Positions 41,609 through 51,383 of a DNA stretch of 64,000 nt are shown piece after piece. The notes beneath the pieces were generated by a model. It searched no databases. It had not been told where the DNA came from and was given only the letters and a program-made list of their open reading frames with translations. This DNA comes from an uncultured Chloroflexia bacterium. Its GTDB lineage: Bacteria; Chloroflexota; Limnocylindria; Limnocylindrales; CSP1-4. Both the position numbers and the translations under genes were made by a program. The stretch is taken from the NCBI GenBank assembly GCA_963712745.1, contig CAVQJC010000006.1, positions 128,001 to 192,000 on the forward strand, given 5' to 3'. Each line of letters begins with the position of its first letter. The first letter of the stretch is position 1.

Positions 41609-43594
41609 GTGCCAGCACCCCCAGGATCTCCTCGTAGATCTCTTCGTCCTCGAACAGGTTCTGCCGGATCGATCCGGACGGGCAGGCGGCGACGCAGACG
41701 CCACAGCCCTTGCAGAGCACCGGGTTGATCTCCGCCTTCTCGTCCACCCGGGTGATGGCCGTGTAGGGGCAGAGCGGGATGCAGGTCTTGCAGCCCGAGC
41801 ATTCCTCCGTCACCACGTACGCGGTGTTGGGCTCCATCTCGACATAGCCACGGTCGATCAGGGCCAGCGCCTCGGAGGCGGCGGCCCCGGCCTGGGCCAC
41901 GGTGTCGGGGATGTCCTTGGGCCCCTGGCAGGCGCCGGCGAGGAAGATGCCGTCCGTGAACGTGCTCACCGGAGCGAGCTTCGGGTGGCGCTCCATGAAG
42001 AAGCCGCCCGAGGCGCAGGTGATGTTGAAGGTGCGGCGAACGTCCTCGGCGTCGGCCTGCGGCTCCAGGCCGGTCGCCAGGACCAGCATGTCGACGGGGA
42101 TCTTGCGCACCCGGCCGAGCAGCGTGTCCTCCGCCTGAAGGATCACCCTCCCGGTGTCACCGTCCTCCGGGTACACGTCGCGCTACCTTGCCCCGGATGA
42201 AGTGGACCCCCTCCTCGGCGACCCGGTTGTAGAACTCCTCCATGCCCTTCCCGGCCGCGCGGATGTCGATGTAGAAGTTGTAGATCTCCGCCCCGGTCTT
42301 CTCCTTGACCAGGTGCGCCAGCTTCAGGGAGTACATGCAGCAGACACGGGAGCAGTACTCGTTGGTGTTGACGTCGCGACTGCCGATGCAGTGGACGATC
42401 CCCACCGTCTTCGGCGTCCGGCCGTCGCGCAAGGTAACGTGCCCCTCGGTCGGACCCGACGAGTTCACCAGCCGCTCCAGCTCCAGGGCGGTGTAGACCT
42501 CTGGGTAGGCTCCGTAGCCGTACGTCGGGAGTCCGCTTCGGGTCGAAGGTCTTGAAGCCGGTGGCGAGGATGACCGCGCCGACCTCGACCGTGTCGAACG
42601 TCTCCGTCTGCGTGAAGTCGATGGCGTTGCGGTCGGCGCAGACCTCCACGCAGGTCTTCTTGCAGCGACCGCTCTTGAATTCGATGCAGGCCTCCTGGTC
42701 GATGACCACCAACGGCGGCACGGCCTGGGGGAAGGGGATGTAGACCGGCTTGCGCATGCTCAGGCCGAGGTTGAACTCGTCGGGGGTCTTGCCCACCTTG
42801 TAGACGCAGGCGTCGATGCACTCGAGACAGCCGACGCAGGCGTCCTCGACGATGAAGCGCGGCTTGTGGCGCACGGTCACCGTGTAGTTGCCCACGTAGC
42901 CGTCGACGTTGTCGACCTCGGCCATCGTCCACAGCGTGATGTTGGGGTTGGAGCGCACCTCGGTCATCTTCGGAGTGAGGATGCAGGCGGCGCAGTCGAG
43001 CGTCGGGAAGGTCTTGTCGAACTGGGCCATGTGCCCGCCGATCGATGGCTCCCGTTCGACGAGGTAGACATGCTTGCCGGCGTTGGCCATGGTCAGGGCG
43101 GCGTGGATGCCGGCGATGCCGCCGCCCACGACCATCACCGCCGGCGTGACATCGACCCGCTGCCGCTCGAGCGGCTTGTGGAAGCGCACGCGGTGGACGG
43201 CGGCGCGGATGAGGTCCTTGGCCTTGAAGGTCGCCTCGTTCATGTCGATGTGGACCCAGGCATCCTGCTCCCGGATGTTCACCATCTGGAAGAAGTAGGG
43301 GTTGAGGCCGCCCTCCGATGTGGCTCGGCGGAAGGTGGTCTCGTGGAGGCTGGGCGAGCAGGAGGCGACGACGACCCGGTCGAGGCCATTGGCCTTGATG
43401 TCCTCCTTGATGAGCTCCTGGCCGGGGTCGGAGCACATGTACTTGTAGCCCCGGGCCACCGCCACGCCGGGGAGGCCCTCGGCGAACTGGCGCACCGCTT
43501 CCACGTCGACCGTAGCGGCGATGTTGGTGCCGCAGTGGCAGACGTAGACCCCGATCTTCGGCTGGCCGTTACCGTTCGTGTCGGCCCGGTTCAT
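41601..43594 (-). CDS. hdrA: Heterodisulfide reductase subunit A (frameshifts at ~42525 and ~42180)
   Basis: 'GVYVCHCGTNIA', 'YMCSDPGQ', 'NIREQ', GGGIAG, 'DKTFPTLDCAACIL', inserted ferredoxin, 'CIGSRD...YCSRVCCM', 'GACQGPKDIP', C-terminal ferredoxin. Confidence 0.93.
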
Positions 43595-45605
43595 GTGCCG
43601 CTCCTCTGCGCTGCGCCGATCGTCTCTTCCACGACCGTGGTCTCTTCCACGACCGTGGTCTCTTCCACGCCCATGGTCTCTTCCACTAGCTCCACGATGT
43701 CCCGGATGACGAGCGATCCTTCCAGCTCTGTGGTCTTGAGAGCATCACGGAACATGACGAGGTCCTTGGGGCAAGCCACGACCATGGTGGTGACCCCCTG
43801 AAGGCCGGCAGCCTCGCGGACGCGGCTCTCGGCCGGTCGCTCACCGCCGGACGCGGTGTCCTCCATCCAGATCCGCCCGCCACCGGCCCCGCAGCAGTAC
43901 GCGGACGAGCGGTTGCGCGGCATCTCCACCAGCTCGAGCCCCAGCTGCTTCAGGACGCTGCGCGGGGCCTCGTAGACGCCTCCATAGCGGCCTAGGTAGC
44001 ACGGGTCGTGGTAGGTGACCCGGGCGCCGGGGTTCGGGGAGAAGGCGAGGCGGCCCGACGAGATGAGCTCGTCGAGGACCTCGGTGTAGTGCTTGACCTG
44101 CCCATCCAGCCCGTATTCATGCTTGAGGACGAAGTAGGTATGCGGGTCCGTCGTCACGATGGTCTTGAACTGCGATGACTCGAGGGCCGCCGAGTTCTTG
44201 TCCTTCAGCATCTCGAAGAGGCCTTCTTCGCCGAGGCGGCGGATGTCGTTGCCGGCGTTCTGCTCGGCGTCGTAGAGGATCCCGAAGTCCAGGGCCGCTC
44301 GATCGAAGACGCGGGCTGCTGCTCGAGTGACCTCCTGGACCCGAGGGTCGAACGACGCGTAGTCGCCGACGTACCAGAGGTACTCGACAGGCTCCTTGCG
44401 GGCGTCGCGGACCTCGAAATCCAGGTCCCGCGTCCACTTGGGCCGACTGCGCGGCGACTGGCCGAACGAGTTGCCATAACGGGTCATGCCCATGAGCATG
44501 TCCTGGACCCCGGTCCCGACGGCCCCCTCGCCCATCAGATGCCGCCGCATCTGGACGATGAGTGGGACGTGTTCGTTGAAGACGGGGCAACGCTCCATGC
44601 AGGCCATGCACGTCGTGCAGGACCAGATGGCCTCAGGGCCTACCGTATCGATGAGACTCCCCTTCCCGTCACCGTCCGCCGCAGCGAGGACCATCCGCCT
44701 GACGTCATGGATAAGGTCCCGGGGCGAGAGCACCCGCACCGGAGGCGAACGCCGGACAGGCCCGGTCGCAGCGACCACACTCGGCACAGGCGAGGCCGTT
44801 GAACAACTCCCGCCAGGTGAAGTCCTCCAGTCGTGCGGCTCCCTCTGATGGCAGCGGCGTCATCGCCAGGGTCCAGGGAGGCAGTGAAGACGTTGAACGG
44901 CGAGGCCAACAAATGGAGGTGCTTGGAGTACGGCAGGTAGGCCAGGAAGCCCAGCACTGCGAGCATGTGCACCCACCACATCGACAGATACAGCGACTCG
45001 GCAGTCGCTGTAGAGATGCCGCCGAGCCACGAACCGATCAACTCACCGATCGGGCTCCCGCTCACGGCCTCCGGTTCGGCGGCGGCCTTCGCCCCCTGGC
45101 CGACGAGGAAGGTCACCATGAGGAGCGCGATGAGCACGAGGATGAACCCGGCGTCCCGAGACAGCGTCAGTCGCGGCGGCGGGAAAGCGAACCGGCGAAC
45201 GGCCACTCCGGCTAGTGCGACCAGGGTGGCCACGCTCAGCAACTCCATGGGGAAGGTGATCCATGGCACTTCGTCGGCGTACGGGATCGGCAGGAACGGG
45301 AACAGGCCCCGGAGGAGATTCCAGGCGAAGCTGCCCGCGTAGAAGATGAAGGTCCAGAAGATGATGAGGTGGGCCAGCCCCATCCCGAGGTTATCGAACA
45401 TGCGGCGCTGGCCCGCCACGTTGACCACGACGTTCCAGAGCCGGCGCGGGGCCTGATCCCAGCGCGGTTCAGCCCTCCCTCGGCCGACCGTGGTCAGGAT
45501 CATGTAGGCCCGCCGCCCGAAGATGACGCCAACCACCAAGGTGATCGCCCACAGGTAGACGAAGCCGGGGATGCCGAGGTAGGTCGTCGTGGTCGGATCC
45601 GGCAT
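43591..45605 (-). CDS. Membrane cytochrome b / 2x[4Fe-4S] / CCG oxidoreductase (FadF/DUF224/HdrF-EMO type; frameshifts at ~44855 and ~44740)
   Basis: TM domain with His motifs 'GLAHLIIFW', 'WWVHML', 'SKHLH'. Fe-S motifs CAECGRCDRACP and CTTCMACMERCP. 'YHDPCYLGR' and 'CCGAGGG'. Confidence 0.85.
43622..43686. repeat. 18-bp tandem repeat (about 3.6 copies) encoding VEETxx units at the C-terminus of the membrane FeS protein
   Basis: GTCTCTTCCAC recurs at 43622, 43640, 43658 and 43676. Confidence 0.9.
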
Positions 45606-45610
45606 CGGTG

Positions 45611-46598
45611 CTACCCCTTCCGCTTCCTGACCGCCTCCGCCAGCGCCTCCAGGACGTCGGTGGCATCCTCGACGTAGCCGTAGTGCGCGACCGAGAAGAT
45701 GGGGGCATCAGGGTCGGTGTTGACGGCGATGATCGAGATCGGCGTCTCGCATGCCCTCGACGTGCTCGGGAGCGCCGCTGATGCCTGCCGCGACGTACAG
45801 TCGCGGTTTCACGGTCACGCCGGACTTCCCGACCTGGCGCGCGAGTGGGAGCCACGCCTGGTCGATCACCGGCCGCGAGCCACAGACGGCCCCGCCCAGC
45901 ACATCGGCCAACTCCTGGGCGACTTCGAGATTGGCCTCCATGCCGATGCCTCGGCCTACCGAGACGAGGACATCCTGTTGGGCGATGTCGACGTCGCCGA
46001 CCTCTGGGGCTTCGAACTCGAGCAGGCGTACGCGGGAGTCATCGGCCAGCTCGACCGACACATCCTCCACCACAGGCTCGGTGGTACCTCGGCCTGCATC
46101 GGGTGGTCTCGTCCCGGGCATGACAGCGAACACCGTGGGCGCGGACTCGGCCGTCACCGTCACGGCCATCTTCCCGCCGTACAGCAGGCTGGTGGCCTGT
46201 AGCACACCGTCGACCACCGCGACGTCCTGGCAGAAGTTGACGAATGGGGCCTCGAGTCGCCCAGGCAGCAGCCCGAGCAGGTCCCAGCTGACGTTCGTGG
46301 CCGGTACCAGGAGTGCTGCAGGGGTGCGGTCTGCAGCCAGCGAGGCGAGCGCGCGGCTGGTCTGTTCGCCGGTGGCATCGGCGAGGACGGCATGGTCGAC
46401 GTAGAGGACCGCATCGGCCACGCCCAGTGACGCGGACAACTCTCGTATCCCGTGGCCGAGCAACGTGGCCTCGAGACGCACGCCAAGCGAATCGGCCAGC
46501 TCGCGCCCGAGCGCCAGGGTCTCGTATGTGACGTCCGAGATCTCACCCTTCCAGTGATCGACCACCACCCATACGTTGCCTGTCATGTGCATCTCCAT
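45611..46598 (-). CDS. etfA: Electron transfer flavoprotein alpha subunit (frameshift at ~45740)
   Basis: 'VSVGRG', 'GSRPVID..W', 'QVGKSG.TVKP..Y.AAGISGA..H..GM'. Confidence 0.92.
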
Positions 46599-47379
46599 CA
46601 GAGCAGACCCCGGTCAGCCAGGAGGTCGGCGACCTTCTCGGCCACGTCCGGCACCGATCCCTCGAGCATCTCTGCATGCCCGGTCACGGTGGGCTTGGCC
46701 ATGGCCGTGACCCGGACCGCATCCGCTGACTGTTGCGCTCACGGCTGTGGCGTCCTCGATGCCCCCCGAAGCCATGGCGGCTCGGACCTTGGCGATCGGG
46801 ACATAGCGCGGTGGCTTCTCACAGCCCTGGACGCCGATGAAGGCAGGAAGGGCGATCTCGAAGCGTCCCATCACGCCGCCGGCGTATTCCTTGGACGCGA
46901 CGGCCACCCCGGCGCCGGGTGCGACCGCGATGCGACTGACCAGGCCCAGGTATGGCAGGTCGAGCGCCGAGGCGAGGAGCGGCGCCGTGAACCCGTCGAG
47001 ATCGTCGATGGCCTGGCAGCCGCTGAGCACCATGTCCGCTGGGAGCGACATCGGGGATGCTGGGGAGCGTGGCGGCCAGCGTGGCGGCCAGGGAGCGGGA
47101 GCCCGCGCCGTCGGCGGCCCCCGAGACTTTGACTACGCGGTCGGCGCCCTTGGCCAGCGCGGTATAGAGCACGTCATCGACCTCGGGCGCTTCCGGCGCC
47201 ACCACGGTCACGTTCGCCTCCAGGCGATCCTTCAGGAGCAGCGCCTGCTCCAGGGCATAGTCGTCGCGCTCGTTGACGATGAACCGCAGGTACTCCTGGT
47301 CGAGCGAGGTGCCGTCACCGGCGACCTCCAGCTCCTCCACGATGTCGGGCACCATCTTCATCAGGACTAGGATCTTCAT
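46598..47379 (-). CDS. etfB: Electron transfer flavoprotein beta subunit (frameshifts at ~47050 and ~46720)
   Basis: 'MKILVLMKMVPD', 'NERDDYALEQAL', 'ALAKGAD', 'GCQAIDD', 'PRY'. Confidence 0.9.
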
Positions 47380-47427
47380 GGCGCCAGCACTTCCTCCTTG
47401 CGCGGCCTTGCCTCGGATCTTGGTCGG

Positions 47428-48627
47428 TCAGTCATCTAGTGCCTCGGCGACCAGCTCCATCACGTCCCGTACTACCATGCGGTCGTCGTACCCAAGCACC
47501 TTCAGGGAGTCCTCGAAGCGGGGAACCTCGTAGGGGCAGGACACCGCCAGCACGTCCGCGCCTGTGGCGATGGCCTCTGCCACCCGGCGGTCGGACAGAC
47601 GAGGATGTCCCTTGGCCTTGTAGTGGGTGTCGAGCCACATCCCGCCACCGCCACCACCGCAGCAGATGGTGTCGTCCCGGTTGTGGGTCATCTCGACGAG
47701 GCTCACGCCGGGCAGGGCCTCTAGGATGCGGCGCGGCTCATCGTGCATGTGGTTGTGCCGGCCAAGCACGCAGGAGTCGTGGTACGTGATCCGGTACCCG
47801 AGCTCCCGGGTAAGGCGCGGCTTGAGGGCGTCGAGATGGTTCGCCAGGAACGGTGTGGTGTGGTGCACGGGGCGATCCAGCCCGAGGGCCGGATACACGT
47901 AGCTGAAGGCATCGAAGGCGTGCGGATCCGAGGTGAGCAGCGAAGCGTACGCGTACTTCCCGAAGGTGGCCATGTTCTGTTCCCGCAGGGTGTCGAACAG
48001 GCCTCGCTCGCCCGCCAGGCGGGCACACTCCCCGGCGCACTTCTCCTCGGCCCCCAGGATGGCGAAGTCGATCCCGAGGGTAGCCAGGACCCGTGCGGTG
48101 GCCCGTGCGTTGTCCTGGCCGCGCGGGTAATACGCGGCGTAGCACTCGACGACCCACAGCACGTCGACTGGCCGACCCAGGTCGCGCAGGATAGGGACCG
48201 GCACCTCCGCGCTTTCTGTCCAGGCCGCCCTCTTGCGCGGCGATTCACCCATCGGGTTGCCGTAGCGCATCGTGTTCGAGAGCGCGCTCTGCAACTCCGC
48301 GGGCACCTCGGGGAGCTGGATCAGCAACTGCTCCTTGACCACGGGTAGGAGGACATCGGTGAGGTGGAGACCACGAGGGCACTTGGCCCAGCAGTCATAG
48401 CAGGTGACGCAGCTGAGCAGGTCGTCGCTGTTGATCACCTCGTCGATGAAGCCCTCCCGCAGCATGCCGATGAGGCGGCGCGGGGTGAAGTGCATCACGT
48501 CGCCATAGGGGCATGCGCCGGCGCAGGTCCCACACTGGATGCAGCTCAGCAGCGGCCGGCCCTCGGGCGAGGAGAGGAGACCGTCGAGCGTGAGGTCCGG
48601 GGTCTCAAGCATGGTCGCCGTTGCCAT
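47428..48627 (-). CDS. Soluble HdrD-like protein (2x[4Fe-4S] plus CCG domains)
   Basis: CIQCGTCAGACP, CVTCYDCWAKCP, 'YHDSCVLGR', 'CCGGGGG', 'SCP'. Start inferred at 'MATATMLET'. Confidence 0.85.
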   Translation of the reverse strand: MATATMLETPDLTLDGLLSSPEGRPLLSCIQCGTCAGACPYGDVMHFTPRRLIGMLREGFIDEVINSDDLLSCVTCYDCWAKCPRGLHLTDVLLPVVKEQLLIQLPEVPAELQSALSNTMRYGNPMGESPRKRAAWTESAEVPVPILRDLGRPVDVLWVVECYAAYYPRGQDNARATARVLATLGIDFAILGAEEKCAGECARLAGERGLFDTLREQNMATFGKYAYASLLTSDPHAFDAFSYVYPALGLDRPVHHTTPFLANHLDALKPRLTRELGYRITYHDSCVLGRHNHMHDEPRRILEALPGVSLVEMTHNRDDTICCGGGGGGMWLDTHYKAKGHPRLSDRRVAEAIATGADVLAVSCPYEVPRFEDSLKVLGYDDRMVVRDVMELVAEALDD

Positions 48628-48920
48628 CGGTCGCTCCCCACTGTTCATCGATCTGGGCCGGCCGCCGCTCACGCGGGCTTGATGACCGTCCCGTTCTATC
48701 AGGGCGAACCTGCCGATCCGTTCTCGACCGACCAGGGCGCCGGTTGCGGTAACTTGGATTGCGCGGGGGGGAACGTATCGAGTCTCAGTGGCGCTGCACG
48801 GCTGCAAACAGTGCCGATAGGACCTCGTGGCCCGGGCCGAAGGCAACGGGAAGGTCGATCCGCCCATGATGGCCGCCGGAACCGATCGATCGGACTCGCC
48901 ACATGAAACGTCGCCACCAC

Positions 48921-48954
48921 GGTTGGCACCCTCACCGGGGTTGGCATCCTCATC
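48921..48954. promoter_or_regulatory. Tandem direct repeat in the divergent promoter region (putative regulator site)
   Basis: GGTTGGCACCCTCACC (48921-48936) and GGTTGGCATCCTCATC (48939-48954), 18-bp period. Confidence 0.45.
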
Positions 48955-49081
48955 AGGCTCCGTCGCGTCGTCGGCGTATAGTGGAGCGAGGTCGTCGACA
49001 TGGCTGTCCTCGACGACGCGACGGGGGTACTGGGCCGCATCGCGTATGCGTGGCCCGACATCACCAGAGGGGGGTCCGTGA

Positions 49082-49348
49082 ATGCATGAAGCCGGCGTGA
49101 CCGAACGCATCCTGGAGATCGTCCTCCAGCACGCGAAGGAAGCCCACGCCACACGGGTGACCGACGTCTACCTGGAGGTGGGCGAGGAGTCGGGTATCGA
49201 CACCGACTCCGTCGAGCTCCACTGGCCGCTCCTCGCGGAAGGCTCCGTGGCCGAGGGCTCGATCCTGCACTTCGACACCAAGGAGGATGAGCCGTTCTCC
49301 TTCCGACTGACCAGCATCGAGGTCGACGAGGCAGTCGTCGCCGGCTGA
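49082..49348 (+). CDS. hypA: Second HypA-like protein lacking the Zn finger, divergent from the operon
   Basis: 'MHEAGVTERILEIVL...LEVGEESGID..S.ELHW...GSVAEGSIL...FRLTSIEV'. Contains no cysteine. Confidence 0.8.
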   Translation: MHEAGVTERILEIVLQHAKEAHATRVTDVYLEVGEESGIDTDSVELHWPLLAEGSVAEGSILHFDTKEDEPFSFRLTSIEVDEAVVAG

Positions 49349-49431
49349 CACGACTGGGCGCGTCTCCCCTGCGCCCGGCTGAAGGACCGCAGAAGCAGCC
49401 CCTCGGGCCGGCCCGCGGGGCTCGTCCATGC

Positions 49432-51273
49432 CTAGGGTTCGGACTCCCTGGGCAGCGGCACGAAACGAACCGCATCGAACGCCACGCGCCGGCCGAGCGA
49501 GCCACTCTCGCCGGTCTTGTCGATGAGCTGGACGACCGAGGTCGGGGTCAGCTGGTGGACGCCCAGGCCGACCCAGCGGCCAGCACCCTTCTGCTGGTCA
49601 CGGGTCCTCCTGACCCAGCCGTCGGGTGTCCTGATCTTGTAGGTGGCGCTGCGAGTGGCAGCGTCCTGGCGTGGGATGTGGGCGAGGACCTGGTAGCGGC
49701 CGGCCGGCAGCTCCGGCCTCCAGACGGCATACCGCTCCCGAGTCCCGACCCTCGTGGGCGCCCAGAAGTGATGATCGGCGTAGCCGCTGGTCGCCTGTCG
49801 CCAGCCCGATCCGTAGCGGCGGAACCCTGGGTCGAGATCGTCGACATAGACCGTCACCGGCTCCGGAGCGCAGCGCTCTGCGAGCGCGCCCGCGTCGAGC
49901 CGTCCTCCACTCACGGTCAGTCCCGCCAGCGAGTCCGTGGCCGCAGCGGTCTCGATGAGCCGCGCGTGGATCTGACGCGCCGTCAGGGCCGGGTCGAGGC
50001 TGGCACACAGGGCCGCGGCTCCACTGACGTGAGCCGCGGCCATGCTGGTGCCGGTGTAGCCGGCGTAGCCCTCGACCCCATCGGGGTGAGTGCTGCTGAT
50101 GCCCGTGCCCGGCGCGCCCAGGTCCACGCCCGCTGCACCCCAGTCCGAGTCGGGACGCCGAGCTCCGTCCGGCTGCAGGTTGGCCACGGCCATGAGGCAG
50201 TCCCAGCCGCGGTCGCTGCCGTCGGCACGTGTGGCACAGCGGTAGGCCGCCGGATACACGGGCGCGCGGTCGATATCCCGGCCCTCGTTCCCGGCCGCGG
50301 CCACGAACAGGATGTCGGCATCGCCGGCACGGGCGATGGCGTCGGCAAGCGCCTCACTGTGGCCACCTCCGCTCCAGCTGTTGTTGGTGGCCACGACACG
50401 CAGGCCGTGACGCAGCTTGAGGTCGGTGATGTAGTCGAGCGCCGCGATCGCGTCGCTGATGTACCCACCGCCGGGGCCCATGAACCTGGCCGGGATGAGC
50501 GTCACGCGCCAGCTCACGCCGGCCACACCGCGGCCGTTGCCGCCTCGAGCGCCGATGGTGCCCGCCACGTGAGTTCCGTGATCGTCGGCCGCACCGTGGT
50601 AGACGGTGGCGTCGCCGCCGAGGAAGTCCCAGCCATGGATGTCGTCGATGTAGCCGTTGCCATCGTCGTCGCGTCCGTTGACGGACTCCCATGGGTTGGT
50701 CCAGACGTTCGGCTCGAGGTCCGGGTGCGTGATCTTGACACCCTCGTCGACGATGCCCACGTGGACCCCGGCCGAGCCGATGCGACCGTCCGCCCAGGCT
50801 TCGCCGGCGCCTGTACCGAAGGCGTTGGCGTGCGGCACGGTCCCGTCGCCGTACATGCCCCAGAGATCGCCCCTGGCGTACCACGGGTCGTCGGCGGTAG
50901 CCGCCGGCCACACCCGGTAGTCCGGCTCCACCCATGCGACGCCCCGGCGTGCGCCGATGCTCAAGAGGGCGGAACCCACGGAGGTACCGCGCACCAGGCG
51001 CACCACCGCCGTGTCCTCCGCCAGGGGCGAGACCGGTCGCCCGGCCGAGGTGCCGGCGGCTGAGACGGCGAGCTTCCTCTTCGCCTTGGAGGCTCCGGCC
51101 TTGAACCCGACGATGACGCGATCGGGAGCGTGTGGTCGGGCCAGGGCCCTGGCCACGCCGGCGTCGTCAGCGCTGGCCACAGCGGCTGCTGCCACCGGGG
51201 CAGCCAAGGCGACCAGCAGGAGTCCGGCCAGGAAGGGACGGCGAGCGTGCGGCCGCGTGGCAGACGTGTCCAT
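49432..51273 (-). CDS. Secreted S8 subtilase with a C-terminal golvesin/CBM-like beta-sandwich
   Basis: Catalytic triad 'GIVDEG', 'HGTHVAGTI', 'GTSMAA' and oxyanion 'AAAGN'. C-terminal 'GRYQV...WVGLG...AFDAVRF'. Confidence 0.9.
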   Translation of the reverse strand: MDTSATRPHARRPFLAGLLLVALAAPVAAAAVASADDAGVARALARPHAPDRVIVGFKAGASKAKRKLAVSAAGTSAGRPVSPLAEDTAVVRLVRGTSVGSALLSIGARRGVAWVEPDYRVWPAATADDPWYARGDLWGMYGDGTVPHANAFGTGAGEAWADGRIGSAGVHVGIVDEGVKITHPDLEPNVWTNPWESVNGRDDDGNGYIDDIHGWDFLGGDATVYHGAADDHGTHVAGTIGARGGNGRGVAGVSWRVTLIPARFMGPGGGYISDAIAALDYITDLKLRHGLRVVATNNSWSGGGHSEALADAIARAGDADILFVAAAGNEGRDIDRAPVYPAAYRCATRADGSDRGWDCLMAVANLQPDGARRPDSDWGAAGVDLGAPGTGISSTHPDGVEGYAGYTGTSMAAAHVSGAAALCASLDPALTARQIHARLIETAAATDSLAGLTVSGGRLDAGALAERCAPEPVTVYVDDLDPGFRRYGSGWRQATSGYADHHFWAPTRVGTRERYAVWRPELPAGRYQVLAHIPRQDAATRSATYKIRTPDGWVRRTRDQQKGAGRWVGLGVHQLTPTSVVQLIDKTGESGSLGRRVAFDAVRFVPLPRESEP

Positions 51274-51383
51274 GACCCAAACGGTACGCAGCGGCCCTTA
51301 TGCGCCGGTTCACCCGGCTGTGGATAGCGAGCCGGGGCGCGTGCACCCCTGCAGCGTCGGCCGAGATGGCCTAGCGTCAGGGC

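Noticed and set aside
38574-43594. Selenocysteine recoding in MvhA, MvhD or HdrA
   Set aside because: The relevant positions are ordinary Cys codons (DPCHAC, CNWC, DCAAC). The ORF breaks are frame changes, not in-frame TGA.
41601-43594. hdrA/mvh as evidence for methanogenesis or an archaeal origin of the contig
   Set aside because: The flanking genes (rplY, mscL, lepB, OmpR-family regulator, rppH) are bacterial, and no mcr, mtr or hdrBC genes are present.
48790-48960. sigma54 promoter suggested by TGGCAC/TTGC-like words
   Set aside because: The required GG-N10-GC spacing is not met at any candidate I checked.
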